64,000 nt of DNA from Plasmodiophora brassicae (lineage: Eukaryota), in contig CP145411.1 in NCBI GenBank assembly GCA_036867785.1, positions 434,001-498,000 of the forward strand, written 5' to 3'. The stretch's first letter is position 1. The number at the start of each line of letters is the position of its first letter. The translations under genes were made by a program, and so were the position numbers. The notes under the pieces were generated by a model. It did no database searches. It saw only the letters and a program-made list of their open reading frames with translations, and had not been told where the DNA came from. Below, piece by piece: positions 37,921 through 49,000 of this stretch.

Positions 37921-38955
37921 GTGGTTGGCAACCGTCTCCTACGCCAGTGCCGAGTGTGCGAAGAGGACGATGAGAGCGCGACAGAGAAGCTGAAACGCGA
38001 CTAACTGCCATATCTTTCCCTGCTGGCCACTCGTGCCCACTCCATGCTTCTTGACGTACACACTACGCCATTATTGATCATGGTGGTTCCCCATCGCCTA
38101 AGCAGACCGAGGGCAGGACCCGTTGCTGTGAGACGAATAGCGTCACATCGGCAGGAGCGTGCGCGCATCGCTCAACAGTATGCTGAGTACGTCAGACACG
38201 GCAGGATCATGCTGCACATTTGGACGCATCCATCATCAAACGTATAGACACATGTATTGACGACGGCTGGGGCCTGCGGAAGGTGACTTGAAGAAAACCC
38301 TGCCGGGCAGCGCGGCCAGACGTGAAACGACGATTAGACGTTGTGGACTTGATTGTAGCGACGGGTGACGACCTTGGCGTAGACGACGAAGCCAACGAGC
38401 AGGGCGAGGTCGCCTCCGAGGACGCTCCACGACTGTTTGCTGCCCGTGTCGCGAAACGCTTCCGTCACGCGAACAAGGACGTACACGTAGCAGACGCGAA
38501 ACGCGTTCGGTAGCAGGATAAACAGGACGTGCCTGACGACGTTGTCGTTGCGCTCCGACTGGGACGTGCCGACCGTCGCATACATCATCGTCGACACGCC
38601 GTGCATGACGATCTGCAGAAGCGCCAGGGACACGAGGATCGATCCGAACAGAGTGCCGGCCTCGACCGAATCCGTCGGCGTCACGTACGTGGCGGCAGAC
38701 GATGCGGGCAGCGGCGAGAAGATCACCTGGGGGATCGCCATGGCCAGGCTAACAACCAGGCCGTCCGACGCCGCGTACCCGAGCGCGTCCGCCAGCATCG
38801 GCAGGATCGAAGACGTCTTGCCGCGGTGAATCCATTCAATGACGGCGCCTTGCTTGGAAGCCTCCTGTAACGTCACCAGGGCGAGGACGGCGAACAGCTG
38901 GACCTTGTGGTTCAGGAAGTCGGGCCCGTTGTCCGGGACGCTGTTGTGCCTGGCC
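37921..38955. repeat. Diverged direct duplicate of ~35908-36975
   Basis: gtggttggcaaccgtct...ctacgccagtgccgagtgtgcgaagagg through ...gttgtgcctggccg is repeated with scattered substitutions and indels. Confidence 0.92.
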
Positions 38956-39170
38956 GACGTCGCCGGCGTCCCATTATTTCTCGCGATGTCTCTCGGGGTC
39001 TCGGTGATGTTGCTGGTGACTTCGCTGAGCGGGTTGCCGTCTCTGTCGATCCCCACTGCATCGGCAAGCCGTTGCTGGTGTAGATACAACGCGGCTCGGC
39101 GTGCCCAGGCGAGGAACGTGTCGGCCTTGCCGTCGAACCTGGGTGGACTGCGGGCCGTTGGCAGGCGCAT
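38334..39170 (-). pseudogene. Chimeric ORF: copia-like gag N-terminal fragment fused in frame to the duplicated membrane-protein 3' half
   Basis: PPRFDGKADTFLAWARRAALYLHQQRLADAV (gag-like PxFDG...W motif) followed by RHNSVPDNGPDFLNHK... from the duplicated gene. Confidence 0.5.
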
Positions 39171-40541
39171 ACTCGACCCTTGCCTTACGGACGAGGCCGG
39201 TGACGATCTGGTCGCTGCTGCCTCGTTCTCGGCTCGGAGGCGGCGGTATTCTCGATCGCAGCAGTCGCTGTCGAGTCTCCTCGATCGCGGCTGCGAGTTG
39301 ATCCGCAGTCATGCTCTCGATCGTGTCCTCCTCCTCGGTGCCTTGCGTCATGGGAACCGCGATGACGTCTTAGCGATTCCCAAGCATATCACGATGCCCG
39401 GCCGACTCCATCGTCCAGGCTTTGCAATTATCAAGGTCAATTGCAGGAAGGTGGGCAGAGAATATGCTGGCCGATCAACCGTGTCATCGTCTGCACCAGC
39501 TCCACGCTCTGAGTCCATCCGCACGTTCACATTGCATGACTTGTTTATAATGAATTCGTCGTGAGACTGGCTGGTGAGGGTTCGTATCGTTTCCAGGGTA
39601 GACTCGTCAACAACGTTGCATCGCCATCTTCTGTCGTTGCCGCAATTATCGGTTGTAGGAAATGTATATTCTTCAGGGACAACGTCTTGCAGCGTGGCCG
39701 AGTTGCCCTCAATACAGGTTGGGTTGGACGATCCGGAACGGGATCGTCCAACCCACGTACTGATGGCCACATGTATCAGAAGAAGTCAGACACCCGTGGA
39801 GAGCAGCAAAGAATCCGATTGACGAACCTGGGGGTTTGCCCCTAACCTGTACGATGACAATGCAAGAGGCAGCAAAGCACTCATGTCAGAACCGTAATTG
39901 CTTCGGTAGCGGGTGAACGCGTACAGTTGCCATGTCAGATCCGGAGGAATACGACGTTCTCTACCTCCTGCGCGCATCGTATCAAAAGCGTGGACAGGAA
40001 CTTCTTGACTGGACACGAACCTGACAACCATGCGCAGTTAGACGTGGACGACGTTGCTCTCAAGGAATAAACGTACCTCGTGGAACCAAGTTCGGCGGCA
40101 ATGCAGTAACACACTTAGGTTGGTCCAGGACGCGATAATGACCTGGGGAGCTCGGAAATGTAATTCACTTGACGAACAAGCGCATATCGCCCAGACGGGA
40201 TGGTAATAGCGAATCATTAGCGGCCAAGGAATCATCTGACGGGTACAAGACACGAAGCCGTTAGTCGGCCGAGAGTGGTCGGCGGAACGTACCACGAGAA
40301 GCAAAGAAACGGATTCGATGGGGGTCGCATCTAATGGACAGAAAGTAGGGCACGGAGGCCATCAGTCGTTTGCAACGTTCCGGAAAACATACCAAGGGTC
40401 ACGAATAGCGATCGGATCGTACTCGATGGAATCAATACGGGCACCCCAACTGACGACAGAGGAAAGGGTTCGGAGACCATCAGTTGATCATACAGAGGGT
40501 GACGAGCACGCCAAGAGAGGGGAAGGGCCCGATATCGGCTG

Positions 40542-40860
40542 CAAGGCGGCCAACATTGGCATCAAGTGCTGCGCGGGCAGCGCCCAGATGCCGGCGTTCG
40601 ACGTGACCATTACAAGCCTGCTGCAATCATCAACACTGCCATCTGCAGCGGCAACCGACCTCTTCATGGCCCGGCAAGACCACCACGTCGAGCTGCGGAA
40701 GTTTGCTGACGCGTGCCGCGCGGCTCACATCGACTTCAGGCCTTGACATTCAAGTCGACGGGCGGCGCCATGCCGACCGAGCAGTCGACCCTGGATTTTT
40801 GGTGCAACATCTCGGCTCTCCGAACGGGCCGTTACCGCCACGCTCCCGACCCGCTTGCAC
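40542..40860 (+). mobile_element. Fragment resembling the restriction-like endonuclease of CRE-type non-LTR retrotransposons (second copy ~60942-61260)
   Basis: AFDVTITSLLQ...ELRKFADACRAAHIDFRPLTFKSTGG. This copy has a 1-nt deletion (ccttgac vs cctttgac) relative to the 61141 copy. Confidence 0.45.
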
Positions 40861-40994
40861 ACGCACAATGCCGACGCAACGTCGAACAGCCTGGGTTTCC
40901 CGGCGTCGAGCTTCGTTCTTTGTTCATACGCCATCGACAATTCTCAGAAAAGAATGTAACAATGTATGTAGTCCTGGTTTCTGGTGGACGTGGA

Positions 40995-42368
40995 TAGGGG
41001 TCGGCGCGGTTTGGTTTGGTTTGAACCGGTTTTTTGAGGGAGCGAACCAAACCAAACCAAACCAAACGGCCCTCAGGCCTGCTAAACTGAACCGAACTAA
41101 ACCGTGGACCTGGGAACCGAACTAAACCGAAACCGAACCAAACAAACCCCGGTTTATGAGTCGCAGAAAATGGTAATCTACGAGCCTTCGTCATAATCCA
41201 GCTTGTCGACGAGAAGCTTGGCGACCGAGTCGCTGCTTGCCAGCTCACGCAGCTCAGCAGAACTTATCGTACTTAGCAAATGTCGAAAGGCCTGATTGAC
41301 GTCGTCAGGAATTGTAAAATCGAGTTGATGGAAGAGATCCATCCAAGAGGAAACACAAATTTCCGCTTTGAACATGGCGTTCGACAGCGTTTCACGCTCA
41401 TCAAAAATCCGCCTTGCTGTGCTGTTAGCACGCTCGGATGGAATCGAGGTAGCTGGGGCTGCCAGGTAATCCACCGCCATGGGACACAACCTTCTGTACT
41501 TGTTATGATGATCTTGCCACCAGCGGACTATATCTGTATGCCTCGGCTGCACGTTCTCGTCGACCGCAGCAATGTAAGACGATAGCTCTTTGTCGATGCC
41601 GTCCAAGGATAACCTAAGATAGATTATGTCAAAACGCAGCAATGGTTCCAAGCATATCCTATTTGTACGTGTTAGCACTGTGCCCGCTGTCATTCCACAG
41701 GTCGTCGTCTGCAGCAGGATGAGGCACATCGTGAGGGAATTCCGCGTCCGACGACGCGTTGTAGCTCATAAGATGAACTTCGACGATCAGCCACCTGCAC
41801 TTAACAACCTAGGTCCACACCTTCAGGCTTCGCGTTCCTTGGGTCAAGAAACATGGCAATCTGGCCATACTTTTGATGATACTCTAGTGCAGAAGGTATC
41901 GCTTCTCGCAGCATGTTGTCACGATCACACGACGCCAGCATATCCCGGCAGTGGCTCATCATTTGGGCAAGAACGTGAAGCATTAAGCTCGACAACGGCG
42001 CCACTATCCGAAGAAATCGACGAGCCGCTTCGACCGGGCGGCGCAGCAGAGCGAGGAGCTGGCATGGTGCCTGGCAGGTGCTTCGTTCCACGTTGCAGGA
42101 ACAAGCGCAGGGGGCGCGGGCGGAGTGATACGCCCGACGCCGGAGCCCGGACACCGTGGCAGACTGCCTATGTACATAGGTAGCCCAGTGACCAGTTAAA
42201 CCACGGTTTAAACCGGTTTCAAATTTGCAAACCGGTTCAAACCGGTTTGCGCTAACCATCAAACTAAACCGAGCTGAACCAAACCGTATACGGAAAGGCC
42301 AAACCAAACCGCCCAGTTCGGTTTGGTTTTGCCGGTTTTGGTTCGAAACCAAACCGTGCCGACCCCTA
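40995..42368 (-). mobile_element. Internally deleted hAT DNA transposon (1374 bp)
   Basis: TIRs TAGGGGTCGGC(G/A)CGGTTTGG; AAACC/GGTTT subterminal repeats; transposase remnants AMFLDPR and dimerisation domain DIVRWW...MAVDYLAAPATSIPSERANSTA (41178-41729). The empty site is seen at ~61385-61400 and the duplicated target is CGTGGA. Confidence 0.9.
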
Positions 42369-42776
42369 CGTGGAGCAGGCATCTGGCCGAGCCGCGTCTC
42401 GCCCGCCCGCCCTGGATGGTTCGGCAAAAAAGCGGCTCTCACCCTGCGCCGACGGACTTGCCAGTTGCCACCCGTTCTCGCCCACAATGGCATTTGCTAG
42501 ACCATTCGATGTTCGGCCGCGACTCAGTGCAATCATCGGATACCGCAGACAGCCTCGACGTATGGCTCAGGCTCAATCCAGGCGCTTCAACGGCCATCCG
42601 CTGCGCGCCCTCATCCGCATCTACCGGCTGTATTTGAACGCGCTCGGCACATCGGAGGAGATGGGGCGCTTTCTGCTCGAAGCTGCGGTTATCGCCATGG
42701 ACGACGTCACGGCGGACGATCTAGAAGAGTGGTTCGCAGGTCCGTAATTACAAGTCTATCATCAGCTGTTGATACC

Positions 42777-43260
42777 ATCGTTAAAGTATTCATTCTTGCG
42801 CTCGTAGTCTGGCAAGACTTGGGCACCCCGCCCAGGTCCCGCGACCCTAGTCCCGCTAGCTCGGAGTCGAACCACATAGGACTCGGCCGATGGGCGTTGC
42901 CGCCTGCCGATATGATTACTCAAGTGTACGATTCCCATCTGAGCTCAATCGGCATAGTGCTGATTTGCTTCCAGCTGTGCCATTTGCCTGCACGACTTCG
43001 CCGACGCCGTATCGCAGGCAGTCGATGTACCCGCATTCGACAATGACGGCAAGGTGCCCGAAGTCGCTACCATCCGTTCTTTGCCTTGCGGGCACATATT
43101 CCACGACAACTGCATCCGTGAGGTGTGCATTGCTTTCATTTGAAATGTGATTTACTATTCATATGACTTGCAGTGGTTCAATACGGACCACCACATTTGC
43201 CCATACTGTCGCCAGCAAGTCCCTAGAAGACAGTTAGGATCCCAGAATCCAAGCACGTGA
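42777..43260 (+). pseudogene. Small RING-H2 E3-ligase-like gene with hydrophobic N-terminus, no ATG at the expected start (copy 1)
   Basis: The spliced reading gives VCAICLHDFAD...IRSLPCGHIFHDNCIRE|WFNTDHHICPYCRQ. The N-terminus (I)VKVFILALVVW begins at accATC. Confidence 0.65.
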
Positions 43261-43479
43261 GCAACTACGGCGACAGATTAACAAACACAAGAAATCGCAT
43301 TCGTGTTCACGACCCATACCGAGCAGAACATGTTTACATGTATGGCCTCGCAAGTAATACGGGCAGGTACAAGACCAACAATGCGAGCGTGAGCAGATTT
43401 CCCATACTCTGCATGGCCTGCCGGCAGTGACCTATAGAGAGTTAGCAATGAACATTGATCCAGCGAAGCAGCGATGTAG

Positions 43480-43851
43480 TGTGTACGTCTTCTGTTTCGT
43501 CATTGAACTTGAACAAAATCGCGGTCGATACCAGCTGGACAGGCAGGCACGCTATTCTCGTCGAAGTGTTCCAAACAGTGAACCACATATGATGTTTCAC
43601 TAGTTCGGGAAGGCACGACAAACGTCCTTCTTTCCGCGCCTATTGCTTCTGTAACAGATTCAGGACGAAGCTGCAACATTTTCTTGCAACTTCGTCGAAA
43701 TGACGCATCAACGCTCTGTGCAACGAGGCAATACTTCAACCTGCACAATCAATCAGCAACCTATCCAATACTAATGGTGTGAAACATCACCTCAATATCT
43801 TTGCATATACGTCCTTTTCATACTCGAGCAAGATGTCGATCAACTTCGGTA
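43480..43851 (-). mobile_element. Mutator (MULE) transposase C-terminal fragment
   Basis: PKLIDILLEYE...FVVPSRTSETSYVV; same sequence as 63302-63670, where it is preceded by TTGHNEAMHNVLK. Confidence 0.6.
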
Positions 43852-43852
43852 C

Positions 43853-44030
43853 AGTTCCCTGTTCAATTGAATTTACTTCCATATTTAGAAAAAACATCCC
43901 GACATGGACATTAAGTTCCATCTCTCCGATGACGACAATATGGCCTGGAGGGAGGCTAAACGAGTATGGCCTAACATAAGGCATTTCTTGTGTGTGTGGC
44001 ATGTTGACCGTAACTGGCGGCGGCAGGTTA
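43853..44030 (+). mobile_element. MULE transposase core fragment in inverted orientation
   Basis: The + strand reads KHPDMDIKFHLSDDDNMAWREAKRVWPNIRHFLCVWHVDRNWRRQV (catalytic D plus CxWH motif). Confidence 0.7.
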
Positions 44031-44372
44031 TAGGAGTGTGGTGATTTTTGTTTGCCACGGACCCACGGACCCACGGACACAAACAAACAAAAATACCCGA
44101 TGACAGGCTCCCACCCCATGTTTGGACCGACTCGTTTGAATTCGAGAAAAATTCAAAAGCTGGCCTGCAACGCGCGAGCGCGTTGCAGGCCAGTAACACA
44201 CGCGAAGAGAGTTACCCTGAGTTTACGAAGGCGCGCTGCCCTACTCCAATAGTGAACAGCTGACAAGTCGGCAGCTGACTATATGTGCAGCCACGATGAT
44301 GATGGGACGAATGTACTATCGATCGCATAATATCTAACGTAAAGAGCGCATGGGGCAATGATTATAGCGATA

Positions 44373-46092
44373 TCACTGTGACGCGTCTGGTGCTCCAGTG
44401 CACCAGTTCCTGTTGTACATGCCCTTGCAGGATTGCTGCTTGCACTTGCCGCAGACATTCTTAGGCGCTCGTGGTTTCTTGGGCTGACCTACATTCTTTG
44501 TCGGTTTGGAAATGCCTGATCGCATAGCGTCATGGACGGTGCCGTTGACGGCCAAGGCAGCAACAGGAGACACAGGAGGTACCAGACGGGCCATAATCGC
44601 GACAGAGCCACCTGTGGTACTGCGATCGGGTGAAGTAGGCGATGCACCCGTCGGTGACGCGAGAAGGCTTTCGGACGGTGGAAGGGTGGAGCGCCTGGCT
44701 AATGGGACCAGCGCGGGAGCATGAGCATGGCCGCCACTTGCACACGCCCGCTGTTCTGCAGAAGATGATTGTAGCGGTAGTGGTTCAGGGCGTGGGAAAG
44801 GAACCGCAATTGGAGTGGCAGCAGTTCGCCCATCTTCAGTCACGCGGTTTCGTGTCATTGTCAGCCGAAGTCGCTGGCGGTTGTGTGCAGGCAAGGACGT
44901 TTGAACGGCCTTTGCCTGCCATTTGGTGTGGTACGCCTTCAGCTGGACGTCCGTCTTTCTGAAGACGTCCACACCATTGGCCAGGCCGTTGAACATGTCG
45001 GCGATTCTGGAGAAGCCGGCCTGCGCAGATTGATTTGCCAAAGCTAGCACAGCCTCGTTGAACAGCGCACGTTCACGCTCGGTGTTCACTGGGAGAACTG
45101 GGATCGTCTGCTGCAGACGTTGTGCAACGAATGCGGCGCACCCGCGTAACAGCTGTTGCGGTGCCGGGCAATCCTCTTCCACAGACCTCTTGGTCAGGCG
45201 CCCGACGCCGAACTGCTCATGACTGGACACATACTCGGACAACGGGACCCAATTCGGGTACGCCAACCGGCCTGTGACACCCTGGCTCAACCTCTGGACT
45301 TCTTCAATCTCCAGAATGTTGTAATGTCCGAAGAACGGGACATCATCCCGGTGCCGTACGCTTGAACGCATCAAAAGCCGGTGGCGCTTCTCTGCCACCA
45401 ACGCATCGCCCAGCTCGATCGAAGCACCGAATGAGCCAAAGCAGCGGTAGAGTTCACGATGTACGCCTCCTTCCAGCGAGTTTGTCCCCCGTGAGCAGTG
45501 GTAGACAGGGATACCAAGGCGATCGAAGCCGAGTTGCGTATAAAACTGAAACCCTGGAGGGTCACTTAAGCACCCCTTCCTGACGTGTTTGCGCATAACC
45601 TGTCAAGTTCGAAGAGGTCAGCCACGTTGTCATTCGTATTTCGTGTTGCTGATGCGAGCATTACCTCAATCTGGCTTAGAGCCTCCTTTGTCAGCAATGG
45701 TTGCCCAGTTACGGGGTCGGAGATATCCTTAAATTCATCTACAGTCCTCGCGATGGCGGCGTCCATTTCGACTGGACTTCGGGTATAGCGTGGTATGCGC
45801 CTTCGTGCCCATTGAGAGCGATGAATGAAATCACCGAAATCGCCTGGGGGCAACAGGTCGCACTGCTCCAGACGATGTTTGACCAGATCGACGGACCGAT
45901 GCTCAACCATGAATATGGCATCTCGCATTAATGCCATGAAACGATCATGCGATGGGTGCGAAACTTTGACTGGAATGGCGTCCAGCCAGTGCCAAATATC
46001 CTTCAAGACGACAACCTCGCGGTTGTCCTCAGCAGACGGTAGCATCCGGCTCTCGTGGCGAAGCGAATCGATGGGGACAACGACGTCAACAG
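44373..46092 (-). CDS. C-terminal part of the transposase-exonuclease ORF
   Basis: LKDIWHWLD, intron 45600-45664, GCLSDPPG, CSRGTNSLEGGVH, GHYN and C-terminal CGKCKQQSCKG...C. It is in frame with 51429-54554 once the LTR element and one TSD are removed. Confidence 0.75.
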
Positions 46093-49000
46093 TGTGCTAA
46101 CGCCGCCGCTGCCCACTACGGGGGCGGTCGGTCGCAAGAGTCGGCGCCTGGTGATATAACGAACTGATGTATTTGGACAGGATCGTCACAGCAAGGGCCG
46201 CTGCGGGGTCGAGTACGGTCATGATCATGTGACCGGGTGGCAGCAGCATCTGAGCAGCATCATCTGAGTACTGGTACTCTGGATGAACACTCCCCGTGTT
46301 AGAAATCTGCTAACAGTCGTGAGCAGAGCGGGTCTCCTTCGGCTTGTCGTTCGAGGAAGGCCCTGACGATATCAGGAACATCGGCCGCCATGACCGAGTA
46401 AGGTTCCCATGAATTGTCGGTGGCATCGAATCCGATCCAGTTGATCAGTAGTTCAGTGTCACCTGACGTAGAGTTGACTCGAATGTCCTCGACTGCGTTG
46501 ACTTGGTAAGCCACGCCGGTGAGCGCGATGTTGTGCTTCAGGGAAGAGGTGACATTCAAGTGCGCATCTGCATAGAACATTAAGCGCTGGGCGTGTACAT
46601 CTGAGATACGATCAGTCAAGAGATCTCGAACTCGATACACCCAGTCGTTGATGGTGTCGATAATCTGGGCAGGTCCAGTCCAGTTGTACTCGGACTTGGA
46701 GTGCTTGCCATGGTTGGCCACGAGAACATAGTCGCCCGTCGTGAAGTTGATCTCGCGAACATTGCGTCGGCGACGCCGGGCGCGTTGCTTGAGATCACGT
46801 AGATGGGTGCGTGTACGTGCCACTGCTTTGTGCATGTCCTCGAGAGAATCGATAAGTTCCGTCGTCATTTCCTTGAGACGGTCAGGGGTCAACGGTACGT
46901 CGATAACCGCGTCGATGCGTTTGTTGAAGATAATCGAGATAGGTGTCGAGGGTGGCAAACCCGTAAACATCGTGACAGGCGCGTAGCCCACACTTGATCG
47001 AACAGTGTGATTTACCGTCATGTTGATCAGCGGAAGGACATACGGCCAATCCTGGAATGGAAGATTTAGCTCGGAGAGGAGGGACTTCAGCAGAAAGAGA
47101 AGCCGCTTGTTGACAACCTCAACCGTGCCGTTCGCCCAAGGTGTGTAGGCAGTTGTGAAATGATGGTTGCAGTGTAACCGGCTATTAAGCTCGGCGATAA
47201 CCGCGTTTTTGAAGTGTGTGCCGCGGTCAGAGACATGTTGGAAAACAATGCCGAAACGTTTGAACCAATCCAGAAGAGATTCGGCGACAACGCTGTGATC
47301 CGCGAATTGACAAGGAATTAACTCGACGAATGCTGTAGCGTCGTCCTTCAGAACCAGAACATAACGAAGTTGATGAGAATCGCCTGGACGAGGTTTGGAT
47401 AAGAACAGAAAGTCATAGTGGATGACCTTATTGGGCTTGTCCGCATGCATAGCCGTGCCATAAGGTCGGGGGATCATCGAATCTTTGTTGCGTAGGCAGT
47501 GTAAGCATTTGTCCACAAATGCACGAACAAAGGAATCGAGATCAGGCCACCAGAAGAGTTGCGCGATGCTCGAAATAGTCGATGCAGCAAGTTGATGACC
47601 AGACAGTCCCATATGTGAAATCACTGCGATGCGTAGCTGCAGTGCATGTGATGGTACCCAGAGTTGATTGTCTGGAGTACGCCAGCCAGATTCCGGGCTA
47701 AGGTGGAGAGACATGTCCCCTTCGAGTTGGAGAATATCAGAAACGGCAGATAGGTCGTGTTGGCGAATGTAGTCGGTCTGAGCGTTACTAATCTCGTCGA
47801 CAGACGGCCAGATAAACTCATCGGTCATCTTGTAATCGTCGAAGTCAAGATTAATTGCCATATGACGAATAGAACGGAACGATGGAGGGGAAAATGAGGA
47901 GAGTGGTTGCAGGGCGACGCCCCACCGCGTGGCGAGGTCGGCCCAAACGTTGTCCTCCCCAGCAATGTGCTCAATGTGAAAATCTAGGTCGATAATCTGA
48001 AGTCGCCAGCGCTCCAAGCGATCGCCGGTCGTCCGACTAATTCGTGCAACCGAGGCTGGGTTCAGAATGAAAACCAAATTACGGTGGTCTGTGAAGATTC
48101 GAAGTGCCAGCTTTGACATAGAGATGAAGTGTCTGAGGCGATAGCAGCCTTCAATGATGGCGTAGGCCTCCTTCTCAATGGTCGCCCACTTCAATTGAGA
48201 ACCACGGAATGTCCCCGAGATGAACGACAAAGGTTCGTGGTGTTGCTCACCGTACGGGAGATCAATATCTTCCGGAGGGATCTGCGACAGGAAAACAGAC
48301 CAGAAACGGTCACTCGCATCCGGAAAGAGACACATGATCCATTCGTCCTTGGTGTGCGCCAGCGTCATGGCCTCCGATAGTCGATGCTTCAGAGAATTGA
48401 AACTGGTGAGATGGTCAGTGGTCCAGCCGATGTCGGCTAAACGAACTCGACGTAGGTGTGATTTCTTCAGACTGCTGACAGAACGAGAAGCGGACAGAAG
48501 TAGATCCTGTAGCGGATGAACATGTGCCGCGAATTGAGGGATAACAGAACGGACCCAATTGAGGCCCGAGAGGAACTGTTGGAGATCAGCAGCCGTGATA
48601 GGAGTTGATAGATCGTGCAAGGCGTTGAGATACGAGCGATCGAACGACACTCCATCAGCGGATATAACGCGACCGCACCATGTCACTGAAGTGAGATATA
48701 ACTGGCAGCGATCAGGGTTGAGTTTAACTCCAAACTCGTCGAAAGCGTTGAGAAGAGATTCGAGTGTGTCCATGTAGGCTCCGAATCCAGATACGTAGCC
48801 GAGGATATCGTCGATCCAGAGTAGGGCGCAGATATATAGAAGTTTCCCCAACACCTGTTGCATTCCCGCCTGGAACGCAAACACGCAATCAGCGATTCCC
48901 TGGATGATGCGCCTGGGTGTAAACGTGGCGATGTGCGTCATGAACGAGCAGGCCTCCTGCGAATCAGGGTGCAACGGAAATTGCCAATAGCCTTTAAAGG

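Noticed and set aside
37581-37931. 116-aa minus-strand ORF
   Set aside because: Its start overlaps the duplication breakpoint; likely a truncated remnant with no recognisable family.
39348-40320. Several short ORFs
   Set aside because: No identifiable domain; probably degraded fragments.
42600-42747. Possible IS630/Tc1 transposase C-terminus (AMDDVTADDLEEWF)
   Set aside because: Too short and no catalytic motif visible.
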